Source: the human T2T-CHM13v2.0 reference genome, Homo sapiens
Assembly (NCBI RefSeq): GCF_009914755.1
Contig: NC_060930.1
Length of the DNA stretch: 64,000 nt
Reading direction: 5' to 3' (one strand)
The notes under the pieces are model-generated. The model had not been told where the DNA came from and made no database searches. It saw only the letters and a list, made by a program, of their open reading frames with translations. The translations under genes were made by a program, and so were the position numbers. Each line of letters starts with the position of its first letter. Within the stretch, counting starts at the first letter, position 1. Positions 1 to 28,355 of this stretch are shown in pieces.

Positions 1-226
1 ATTATAAGGCTTTGCTTAAAAAAAATTATCCTAAATGTTAAGTCTTTATACTTACATGGACATGAAAGTCAACAAAATGTGTTTTGGTTGATTATGAAAA
101 GTCTTTACACAGTGTGGGAGACAGTTATAGTTCATAAATTGTACTTATCATTAAGAATGTGGGTTTTAACTGCTTAACATTAACTCAAAGATTTCTTTCC
201 CACCTTTCATTGAACCCTTTGTTCCA

Positions 227-1872
<1,646 letters not shown>

Positions 1873-2659
1873 TTAAACTTCCTGCTTTTTAGTAAGTCAA
1901 AAATAATTACCAACTATAAAATGGGTAAAGACTAGTGAGGTTGGAAGAGGGGTGGTACCTCAACCATGAACTACAGGTCCTAGGAGCTAAGAGAGATGTA
2001 AATTGTAAGACTGGTAAGATCTTTAGCTCAGATGTAGGAAAATCATAGAGAAACAGCTCTAATTACTATCATGCTAAAGCAGAAACCATTTCAACTGTCA
2101 AATTGTGATAAAGAACATTCACAGCCACTGAGGTTGAGATGAGGGGCACTTTTTATATATTGTTAGTAGTAGTGGAGAAAACTATATATGAAAAAATTAG
2201 GTTATAAATACTAAGAGCCTTAAACAACTAATACCCTTTGACACAGCAAATTAACTTATAAGACGCTATTTTAAGGAAAGAATTAGATATTAAGGACCAA
2301 GATTTAGACACAACAACAGCTATTAGTATTACACATATTATCAAAATATTAGGAAAAACTTAAATGTTCAACAAGCAGAGAGAGTTCAGTAAAGCATTGC
2401 ATATTCATATAAGAGTATAAACATCCACTAAAAATCAAGTTCTTAAAAAAAATTGATAATATAGATAAACACTGATCATATCTACAGTTAGAGGATCTTA
2501 AACTCATTCACAGAACCCTTAGTATCTTAGTAATTTGTTCACAGGACCCTACGGCAAAGGAAATACCTAATGATTCCATTTATTACATAATTAGGTAAAG
2601 TAATTTAGTAACTACTTATGTCCAAACAACACATAATTATTCAAAAATAAAATACAGAC

Positions 2660-3989
<1,330 letters not shown>

Positions 3990-4199
3990 TCAGTAATTTA
4001 ACATCACTACAAAGAAGAGTTTGTGACTACTCTGATCTCATGTTTTGAACATTTACTAGACTTTGATTTCCTTAATAACCCATTTCTGTTAACCTCTTAT
4101 TAAGAAAGAAAAAAAGAAAGAAAGAAATGAACGGAAGAAAGAAAATGGAGGGAAGGAAGATAGAAAAGAAAAAAGGAAGAAAGCAGCAATGAAAACAAA

Positions 4200-5773
<1,574 letters not shown>

Positions 5774-5949
5774 TTCCTCATCTAAAAACAACCAAAAGAA
5801 AAGAATCCAAGAAAAACCACACATAGAATACAAAGAAAAACTACTAGCTGAATATGACCCAGAAGACTTGAAGAAAAGGCAGAATAAATTATCATCAACA
5901 ATTAGGCCTTAATACCTGGAACACTGTTTCAAGCAGCACTTATTTAATA

Positions 5950-6574
5950 CAGTCATCCCTCAGTATGGTGTGGGGAGGAGTATGCGGACCATGTGGTTGG
6001 TTTCAGTTCCTTCCAAACCAAAATCCAAGAATGCTCAAGTCCCTGATATAAAATGGCACAGTATTTGCATATAACCTATATGTATCCTCTCGTATACTTT
6101 AAATCATCCCTAAATTACTTATAATACTTAATACAATGTAAATACTTTATAAATAGTTATGCTGGGTTTATTTGCATTATTTTTTATTGTTTTGGAGTTT
6201 TTTCTAATTTTTTTTTTGGAGACAGGGTCTCACTCTGTTGCCAAGTCTGAATGGCAATGGCACAATCTCGGCTCACTGCAGCCTCAACCTCCCCAGCTCA
6301 AGTGATCTTCCCACCTCAGCCCCCAAGTTAGCTAGGACCACAGGCATGCACCACTATACCCAGCTAGTTTTTTTGTTTACTTTTTTGTAGAGACGAAGTC
6401 TCACTATATTGCTTAGGCTGGCCTTGAACTCCTGAGCTCAAGCAATCCACCCGCCTAGACCTCCCAAAGCGCTGGAATTATAGGTGTGAGCCACAGCACC
6501 TGACCTTGAATATTTTCAACACACAGTTGATTGAATCTGTGGATGCAGAACCCATAGATAGAGAGGGCTGACTG
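5950..6574. mobile_element. MER2-type TcMar-Tigger MITE interrupted by a minus-strand AluJ (6208-6505)
   Basis: TA-flanked termini cagtcatccctc ... gagggctgactg; internal gctcaagtccctgatataaaatggc and gtatttgcatataaccta. Confidence 0.8.
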
Positions 6575-6824
6575 TACTAAAGATTACATTTCCTTCTCCA
6601 CGAGTCTCAACATATTCATCTACTCAGCAGTAAATAAATTTTAAAATCATAGTATTTTAATGCTGTTGAATGCTTAAGTGTTCACTTTTTAGAATCAACC
6701 CACGGACAAAAGAGCACTGAATACACCAAAATACTACAAACATTATTACAAACATTATACTTTAAAAATTGGGAAGTAGCAATAAAGAGTGGGAAAGGTG
6801 TATTACTTCCTTTAACATTCATGT

Positions 6825-9310
<2,486 letters not shown>

Positions 9311-9682
9311 TTCACATTGACATCAGAGATAGTATCTAAATTGACACATAATGAAAAAGAAATTTAAGTTTATAATTTAAAGCCATAAAAGTATTTACTA
9401 GAAACAAATTAAAATAGAAGCAATAAATTTGAAGGTTAGGATGAGAAAACAAAAGGGGGTAGTATGATTTCACAAAATTGCTCAGCTTCTCTGATGGAAA
9501 CTTAACAAAAATTGCCTAAAGTTGATAAATCAAGAAGCAGAATTATATGCATATTATTTAAAGTTATAATGGTAAGCAACAGTAAGCAACAGCAAAACTT
9601 AAACAGAAATGGTTAACACTGGTTACCTCTGAGATGTGACAAGGACAGCCTCCGGCACAGACAGTAAGAAGGAAGGCTTTGA

Positions 9683-9981
9683 CTTTTTTTTTTTTCTTTT
9701 GAGACAGAGTCTTGCTCTGTAGCCCAGGCTGGAGGGCAGTGGTGCCATCTCGGCTCACTGCAACCTCCGCCTCCCAGGTTCACGCCATTCTCCTGCCTCA
9801 GCCTCCTGAGTAGCTGGGACTACAGGAGCCTGCCACCATGCCCGGCTCATTTTTGGTATTTTTAGTAGAGACGGGGTTTCATTGTGTTAGCCAGGATGGT
9901 CTCGATCTCCTGACCTCGTGATCCACCCGCCTTGGCCTCCCAAAGTGCTGGGATTACAGGCGTGAGCCACCGCGTCCAGCC
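9683..9981 (-). mobile_element. Alu (AluY/Sc-like)
   Basis: Alu consensus. Confidence 0.93.
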
Positions 9982-10286
9982 TAGACTTTTACTTTTCATT
10001 TTATATACAACTATACTAAGTTTTTTTACCATGTGTAACCATTGTTTCATAATTTTAATAGCATAAAATTATTTCCACTTTGATACAAATATACAACAAA
10101 GATCAACAGATTGCTGAAAAATCAGTTAATAGAATTCTGGTTTTGTAAGTAAGACAAGATCAAATTACATAAAACCTTTCAGAAAACAGAAAAGTCCTTT
10201 TTTAAATTTGCACCTAAATCCTAAAATAATAGGATTTACTCAGTGTTTAAGTCACTCTTAAAATGCAATTACAATAACTACACTGA

Positions 10287-11605
<1,319 letters not shown>

Positions 11606-12089
11606 TTATTTCTCTTTGATCACTCACTTCTGGATAAGAACTCAAACCCTCAATAAATAACTACTGCTGCACACTTGTATCCTGAATTACATCCTGTCTT
11701 CTCTCGTGAGACTCTCTTTTATCCTGTACAGTGCACATTCAAAACAGCTATTACAGGAAGTGTTGGACTAATCAGCTATTTGTAAATGGACAAAAATCTT
11801 TAAATAGCTTTGTCTGCTACTCCTTTATGGTTCTAGATACTACTGGTTTTAAAGAAATTGTCATGCTAGTTGTTCATCTTGTCCCTTTGTTTTAGAATCC
11901 CAAAGTACCACTAATATTATATAGTCACAACATTATAACAAGTTGATCTTTAAAAAAACACATTAGTTTTTAAACATCCAAATACTCTAATAGTTTACCA
12001 CCAAGAAAATTACAAATTGTAATATATTGCTTTAAAATCTTCTATATTGTCATCTAACCCTGCACTATAGAATAATTTTTCAAAACAAA

Positions 12090-12285
12090 TAGATGTCCCT
12101 CAGTATACCTAAAGGGTTGGTTCTGGGACCCCTGCATATACCAAAACCCACATATACTCAGGTCCTGCAGTTGGCCCTGGAGAACCCACCTATACAAAAA
12201 GTTGGCCCTCATATACGCAGGTTTCACAAATCTGCGTGTAAGTGGACCCACACAGTTCAAACTCCTGCTGTTCAACAGTCAACTG
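12090..12285 (+). mobile_element. MER8-like TcMar-Tigger element
   Basis: ggttggttctgggacccctgcatataccaaaa ... aagtggacccacacagttcaaac ... gtcaactgta. Confidence 0.75.
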
Positions 12286-12504
12286 TACACAATTTATAAC
12301 ACCACATATGAACTTATTTGTCTAGCATATTAAGTTCAAAAATGTAGGACACTATATTTTATATACTTTAAAAAATAAAAATACTTAATTCATCAACACT
12401 GACATAGATTGCATTAAAAACCTTTCCATGGATCTACTCTTCCTATGTAAAACTCAGAGACATGCCTTTTCCATGCTCCTAAAACAGTAGCCATGAGAAA
12501 GTAG

Positions 12505-14536
<2,032 letters not shown>

Positions 14537-14779
14537 ATAAAATACTTTTTTGAAAAAGTAGTTAAATATCCTTGATTCCATTCATAAATTGATAGTTCTT
14601 CAAGTATTGGTTTGCTTTATCAAGCTATTTCAGCCTTAATATTTCTCCTGTAACTTGAAAAAAGACATAACAGTTTTCCTATTTATCCACACCCTGATTT
14701 AAACATTTTTATTGAAAGGTCACTTGATGGATCAGAGAATTATTTGTTGCTAAGCCACTCATCCAAAGACTCTAAACCT

Positions 14780-15170
14780 ACACAGTCCAATGTGATAGCT
14801 ACTAATTAGTTTCTAATCACACTAACTACATTCCAGTAATCGATACCTATGTGTGGCGTGTGGCTTGTGGCTAGCATATTGGACAGCACAGATGCTAAAC
14901 ATTTTCAGATCACTGCAGAAAGTTCTATTGGACATCACTGCTCTACACCAGGAGTCAACAAACTATAGCCTGCAGACTAAATTCAGCCAACTGCTTATTT
15001 GTATAAATAAAGGTCTACTGGAACACAGCCATCCTTATCCATACTGGTTTACGTATTATCTGTCGATGCTTTGGCACTACAATAGAGTTGAGTAATTGCA
15101 CCAGAGACAGTAAAGCCCAAAAGGCCTAAAATATTTAGTATCTGCCAGAAAAAGTTTGCTGATCACTGCT
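14780..15170. mobile_element. hAT-Charlie MITEs (MER3-like about 14780-14940, MER58A-like about 14948-15170)
   Basis: tattggacagcac/gaaagttctattggaca; caggagtcaacaaactatagcc ... aaaagtttgctgatcactg. Confidence 0.65.
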
Positions 15171-15528
15171 CTAGATTATCAAATTTCATTGAAAAAGAAC
15201 ACATTAATTTCCCTTAGGCCTCAAAAAGTTTTTGAAGGCTTGCATTACAAAAATGACAAACCAGTTAAACATAAACAGATGTCTACTTCATTTACTAAGT
15301 GTTAAAGATACTTAATTTTTTACCATAAACCCATAAAACCAAAATTTGTCCTAAAATGTATTTAAATACTGGTATTTTCTAAGCATCTCTATAAAATAGC
15401 TAGTAAAAGCACAGAAGACAGATTACTAGTCTAGCAATTCTAAAAGAGCTGGCCTAAGAGAAAATATTTATTTCTCAAAAATATGCCTATTTTCCTTAGC
15501 AATATCTAATATCTGTTCAAAGAAATGG

Positions 15529-16143
<615 letters not shown>

Positions 16144-16379
16144 ATTTATCAACTGTTTGGAAAAGCAGTACATTTCTTAGAAAAAATACATTAGAAGTAT
16201 TTACATCTAACCACCTATTTCATATAACATTACTGTATTTCAGGCTTTCAAAGCAATTACTAAAAACTTCGTTTTTTAAGAAAAGTAAATAAACTTGCGT
16301 TTTTAAAGGAATTTGGTCTGCTTTTAAAATCAGTGGAGCATCTTTACCAATTAAAGGCATTTTTAATTGAATATAATTT

Positions 16380-17760
<1,381 letters not shown>

Positions 17761-18004
17761 TGATGATACTGACAAATCTTTAATCTTCTGTAAGTGTCCA
17801 ACAAAAATGCAAATACAATAATCTAACTACAAACCGATTGTGAAAAACCCATCAAACACAGGCAAATACTATTGTACCTATTAGCTATATGCATCTACAT
17901 GTACTCATTGTGAAGAATTTCATGACATACATTAAGTTATGTAGTCATCAACCACTCATTTGAAACCCTGACAAAACAAACTCTGTAAGCTGTGTCAGCC
18001 ATGC

Positions 18005-19026
<1,022 letters not shown>

Positions 19027-21611
19027 AGAGAATATTTTTAATTAAAGGTGAAAAACTCAGATGTAAATCTTGCATTTCCAGCCTCTTATAAATTTGTGAT
19101 ATAATTAATATTGCCTAAAGTCATACTTCAAGGGAAATAACATTTTGCTAACTGTAGTATTAAACTTTTCTAATGATATTTTATTTCTTCTAATGTTTCT
19201 TCTAAAGACCTGAACAATGTTTTGGTTATATACTACATTATATATACCAGAATCATTTATCTTTAATGTAACCTATGTGATTTCTGGCTCCCTAAAATAG
19301 CATTATGCATTTTCTGAGTTAACCAAAATAAAATCTAGAAAGAGCTAAACTGTAATCTACCATGATCGGAGTGTAAAATCCTTTACTATGCAAATCTGCC
19401 CACTGTTTAAAACAGTAAAAAAAAAAAAAAAAAAAAATTTAACATGAACCCAAAGGACACAGATGTTCTTTCAAATTGCTGGTATCAATGAACATAAAAT
19501 TAATCCCACTACCAACCCACAAGAGACGTGGGTGTTTACTGTAAAGTTGCAAATCTCAACCAGATCTTTCATCCAGGAAAAAAGCCTTTATTACGGTTTT
19601 TCTTATACGTAATACAGTGATTTAAACTAATGCTTTCAGATCCTGAGAGGTTTTTTTTTTTTTTAGAAAAAAAGCATTATATTTTGAAGACACACAAACT
19701 AATCTTACTCTAGTAAAGAAGCTTTATTAATTCTAATTAACAAATTTCACTCAAAAAGGAAGTGTATTCGAATCAAGTACTTTATTAGAGGGGAAAAATA
19801 TTCAAAAAGAATAGAAGCAAGAATTATCTGGTTTTTGTTGTAAGCCCATACTATTCAAATACAATTCAGAAGCAGAATTTTTAACTTCTCAAAAGTTCCC
19901 TAATAAAAGAAAGCTATTTTAACAAAAAAAACACTAAGATACATTTTTTAAAACCAAAAGTATACCACAAAGTTAGCATGAGGAGTATGGGAAAAACCCA
20001 CCTCAGATTTATTAACAATGTCCAAACGGAAAACTGGATGTGCTTTCCCCAAATATAACTGATAAAATTCCCACAAGAACACTAGTATAACAGGTGGAGT
20101 GGATATTCCAAAACCAAAATATGTTAATTATAGTATCTCACATTCCATGATAAGCATTCAAGGACACCTGGTAATTAAAGGAATTATGAGAAACAACTGA
20201 GTACCTTAAGGCCTGTTCAGTTACAAAAGAAAAAAAAAATTCTGCAATAATAATAATCCTTTACACTTGGATAGCACTTTGCAATTTTCACGATACCTTA
20301 TGACAAAACACTTTATAATAGAGTTGTTTTATGAAGTTAGTGCATACGCACACAACGTACTTTAGTCCTAGAGTTCATATACCAACCACATCAAATTATA
20401 ACAGCACGCACAAAGATAAGCGGCACTTCAAATTTTACTAATGTCATTGTGGCTGATCATCACTTTATTCAGAAATGGTCCGTTACAATCCTCTTCCGTA
20501 GAGTTTGACTCTCTTTAAAGTCTATGCTGGACAGGGCATCTTCCTGGGTCCCTAGCTTTGGGGGAGGGTAATTCCTGCCAGGAAGCTGGTTCCACCAGTC
20601 CTGCTGTAGCTGCTGTCTGCCCTCCAGGACCAAGAAAGGACAGGTATTCTCAGTACATTATCCAGCTCTTCTTAAGAGGACAACCAGTAAAGGCTTCCCA
20701 AGGTGTTCCTACAGTTCTCCCTCAACTCCTAGGAAAACAAAGGTTCAGGCCCAGCTCTGTCACTTCGTATTCCGTTCTTGATAATATAGGTACTCCATAA
20801 GCCCCAGCCCACAGTCATCTGGCAGAGGATGGAGTGGAGGACATAATACCCAAGATACCCAAGGGGCTGCAAGGTAAAGGGTGGGTAGCAGAGAATTCAG
20901 CCAACTCTTAAGTTGCCGCTTGCGAAACGCAGCTAGCCCATCAGGTCTCCTTCGAAGGGGGAAGGTACGCAATTCAGAATGTGAGAATGAGAAACCCGGG
21001 ACGCCGGGCATACAACAGGGATGGGAGGACTGCATAGAGAAGCCAACGGGCCGGCCAGCCCGAAGGGCGGAGATCGCTGCTGGGGGCGGCGGTGCCCAGC
21101 GGGTCAGAGCCGTGGGGCTGGCGAGGACCCCAGGCCGCGTTCGCCCGACAGGCTCCCCGGCGAGGTTTCAAACCGCCGCCCCCGCGAGGCGCTCAGCCGA
21201 TTGGAAGTTCCACAACGACCGTCACTACCCAGGGCCGGAGCGGCAACTCCGCAGCGGAGCTCTGCCTGCCCGCTGCGTTCCCCCAAGAGACTAGACCCCA
21301 CAAACTCCTCCTCCACCGCGGTCCCAACTCGAGTCCCCCCGCCGTCTCCGAGCACTCGGAGGGCGCCCCTCTGGGACGGGACCGACGCCTCGGACCGGGC
21401 TGCGCCGCGGGAGTTCGAGGTACGCGACGGGGCCGCGCGGGGGAGGCGGGCGGAACGGGCGCCCCTCGGAGTCGGTGTCCGGACGCAACCCCGCGACCCC
21501 CTCCGCCTCGCCCCTCGGGCACGGCCCGACTGGGATCCGACCCACCCATCCCGCCAGGTCGCGGGCAGGGCGAGGACCCGAGCGAGCCTACTCCTCCCGC
21601 CCCTGCTCTTA

Positions 21612-21893
<282 letters not shown>

Positions 21894-22987
21894 TCAGCAA
21901 GGGACTCCTCGGCGGCCACAGCAGCCACCTCCTCCACCTCTTCCTCCTCCTCCTCCGCGACGGCGGCGGCGGCTCCCGCAGGCACCCCCAGTCCCGCCTC
22001 CCCCCTTCATTTCCTTGTTTTGGAACCTGGTGGGCCGCGCCGTGGCTTCCTCGAGCTCATTAGCGAACTCACTGGCCCGCCCCATGGTCGCGGAGGCTCC
22101 TGGGAAATGAAGTCGCGAAGGCCTCAGCGGCCTGGGCGGTTTTGCCGGCGTAAGAAATACAGCTCCCAGGTTACCTCGGGCCACCACAGCCTCGCCCCCA
22201 CAAAGCATGCGCGCCTGCGTACCAGGGCCGCCCCTCCCCCTCAGGTAGCGCACGGCTCCCGGTTCCTGTGAAGGTAGAAAGCTCGAAGTTCCAGTGTGCT
22301 TTCTGCGGTTCTCGGGGAGACACTGGAAAGAAGTGCCTTACTCTAGTGGGAAGGGGATACTTCACTGTAACTAGCCCCACGCAGAGAGTATGGAAAGCAT
22401 TAAATCAGCACCTTGCTGAAGGGTTGGCTGCAGTGACTCGGGAGGCGAGGGCTGGTGAGGACAGTTGTACCGCAGCTTGTTTCTTTTCTAGGGCAGTGGG
22501 TCCGCCTATTGCCCCGCCCCCCGTCCCGCTGCTCATTGGCGGGGGCTGGAGAATGACGTCCTCGTTGGTGCGTGGGTATCCCCAGGCTTTGGCTTCTTTC
22601 CCGCTCTTGATTGGTGATTGGATGTGCTCGGTTCTTCCTGATAGGTTGATCTTTTTTCTTTACGATGCAAAAACCGTATTTCAAAAACTGAACCTTCAGC
22701 AGTTTCCTAGAGCCTGCCTTGGCCAGAGGAGAACATGCAACTTCTGAGCCCCAGCAGCCAATCATCATTTTCTTGGCGCTGTAGTCAGCTTTCTCTTAGC
22801 ATATGCGGTTCCCATAACCAGGCTTTGGCCATCTGTCTAAGGACAATTAAAAGTGCCTGGAGGAAGCCGCGTTTACGATCCTTTGGGTTGAATTGTAAAG
22901 GATTTTTTATGGTCTATGCATGACGTGAGGTTCTAGAATGTTTAAGAAAGCCCCTTTAGTTAGGGTGAACGTTGATTGATTTCATTG

Positions 22988-23672
22988 TGTTGGGGCTCAG
23001 GACACACTACCCCAAATTATAACTGAAGGAGTCCAGAATATGCCACCCCAAAATACGCCACTCTGGCATATTGATGTCTTTTAGCAAAATAAATTAAGAT
23101 CCGGCCAACACAGGAAAATGCTTCACTTATCCCACTACTGCCTAAAATAAAGAATAACTCTTCCTTTGTAAAGAGAAATTTACATTTCTAAAGGAAATTT
23201 TCGTAATTAAAGGAATCTTACCAGAAAGAGAGCTGCTGCTAGTCAACTTGTATCATCTGAGATACTTTTATCTGCATAAAAGTCAACCTTTATTCACCTT
23301 ACATTTTTTCCTCTTATCCTCTCTTAACTTGTCTCCACCACTCCTGGAAGCCCCAAACCCCACTTTTGTTTTGAAGAGACTGGCCTTGCTGTGTTGCCCA
23401 GGCTGGCGTCCAACTCCTGAGCTCAAGGATCCTCCTGCCTCAGACTCCTGAGTAGCTGGGATTACAGGTCCGTGCCACCATGCCGGGCCCCACTTCCTTT
23501 TTGAGGTCAGGATGTAATATAAGTGTCAAACATCTGGCCCTTCTTTGAGTCTCATATTTTGTGGGACTCTTGTGCATACATACGTAATTAAAACTTTTTC
23601 TCCTGTTAACCTGACTGGTATCAATTTAGTTTATAGACCAGCTGAAGAACCTAAGAGGGTTTCCTCCCCTGT
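22988..23672 (+). mobile_element. ERV1 solo LTR (MER34/MER39-like) with an Alu fragment at 23365-23490
   Basis: tgttggggctcag..taccccaaa start; ttttctcctgtta and ttcctcccct 3' end. Confidence 0.6.
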
Positions 23673-23929
23673 AATGGTGAGCCTAATGTCCCAAATGTTT
23701 GGGATACACACTTAAACATGATTGGTGCTAGGATAGGACATAACACATTCATTAGGAGGACAAAGAAGGGAATTGTCAATTCTACCCAAAGTGGTAGATA
23801 AGGAAAGAATAGTGAACTGCCTGCTAGGTTTTGAAAGAAACTTGGAAAACTAGTGGGAGGGGGAATGATTTACCTTATTTGCTACATCACCCACTCCTGG
23901 AAAACTTCCTTAGACCTTGAGTCTCTTCA

Positions 23930-24227
<298 letters not shown>

Positions 24228-24739
24228 TTAATCAAGAAAAATCTCAGTTGCTCTTGTTGCCATGCACTATAATAACTGCTGGAGATAGCAGGAAAAAAAT
24301 TAGTCTTTTTCCATTGGGGAATTAAACCTGAAAAAACAAATATGCAAGCAAATTAAAAATAAACTGTGGTTTAAAAGAGCACTGGTAGAATAGGCGGGGT
24401 TCTAAGTGAGTCAGGGTAGACTTCATGAAGTAGGTAGGTTTGAGCCAAATTTTTTTTTCACTCCAGCCCCATCTGCTGAGTGAGAGCCAAAATTTAAAGC
24501 ATGAGTAAGCCTTTACTTGAAGGACAAGTCGAAGAGCAAGAAACAAGGAATTATTTCAGGTAGAACAGCATGTACATAAATCATGAGAGAACATCATATA
24601 TTCTGAGAAATGCAACTAGTTTGAATATTACAGATTAAGACAGGAAAAAGTAATGGATAAGAAAATACTAAACAGATAAGCAGAGGTCAAATTATGAAAA
24701 GCTATTTATGTCAGGGAGAGGTTTTAGGTTTCATTATTC

Positions 24740-25513
<774 letters not shown>

Positions 25514-25677
25514 ATTCTGTAGGCAATAGGAAGCTATTACACACTTTTGAGCTAAGGAGAACTATAATCAGCCCTGAGTATTAAGCAAATTCTCTGACAA
25601 AAGTGTTCAGGTTCAATTGGAGGAAGGTGAGACTAGCAAAGAAGCTATTGCAATAGGACGGTAAAAACAACGATCTG

Positions 25678-26010
<333 letters not shown>

Positions 26011-26260
26011 CTATAAGAAAAAAGCACATACTATAATTATTTAGGAGTAAAATTTAACAAGACTTAGTAATTAATTAAATGTGGGACTAAAGGAGAGGGA
26101 AGAATCCAAGATAACTTTGAGAATTTTGACTTCAGCAATATGGTAGAAATTTCAGAAAGTTAGGAAACACAGGAATGGGAGCAATTTTTGAGAGAAAGAT
26201 AAGCTTGGTTGGGGCATGTCGAATTGGAAGTACCTATGGGGGCATCAAGATAGAAATAAC

Positions 26261-26825
26261 TGTCAGGCATTTGAACCACAGTGACTCCATCTTGAATAGG
26301 GTAGAATAAGGCTGAGACCTGCTGTGCTGCATTCCCAGGAAGCTAGGTGTTTTTAGTCACATGGTGAAATAGGAAGCCTGCACAAGATACAGATCATAAA
26401 GACTCCACTGATAAGATGCAGTAAAGAAGCTAGACAAAACCCACCAAAACCAGGATGGTGACCTCTGGTCTACTCACTGACCCCTGGTCTCCTTGTTGCC
26501 CATTATATGTTAGTTATAATGCATTAGCATGCATTATAGGAGACATCCTACCAGTGCCATGACAGTTTACAAATGCCATAGCAACTTGAGAAGTTACCCT
26601 ATAGAGTCTAAAAAGGGGAGAAGCCCTCAATTCTGGGAAATCCCCATGTCTTTCCCAGAAAACTTGTGAATAATCCACCCCTTGTTTATCATGTAACCAA
26701 GAAATAACTGTAAGTATACTCAGTGGAGCAGCCCATATCTCTGCTCTGCCTATGGAGTAGCCATTCTTTTGTTTACTTCTCCAGTAAACTTGCTTTCACT
26801 TTACTCTATGGACGCACCCCAAATT

Positions 26826-26826
<1 letters not shown>
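26261..26826 (+). mobile_element. MER41 (ERV1) LTR, 3'-truncated at an Alu
   Basis: tgaaccacagtgactccatcttgaatagg, gctgcattcccagg, cagtgccatgacagtttacaaatgccat, gctctgcctatggagtagccattcttt. Confidence 0.85.
26631..26660. promoter_or_regulatory. Tandem GAS (STAT1) motifs in MER41
   Basis: TTCTGGGAA 26631-26639 and TTCCCAGAA 26652-26660, both TTCN3GAA. Confidence 0.6.
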
Positions 26827-28354
<1,528 letters not shown>

Positions 28355-28355
<1 letters not shown>

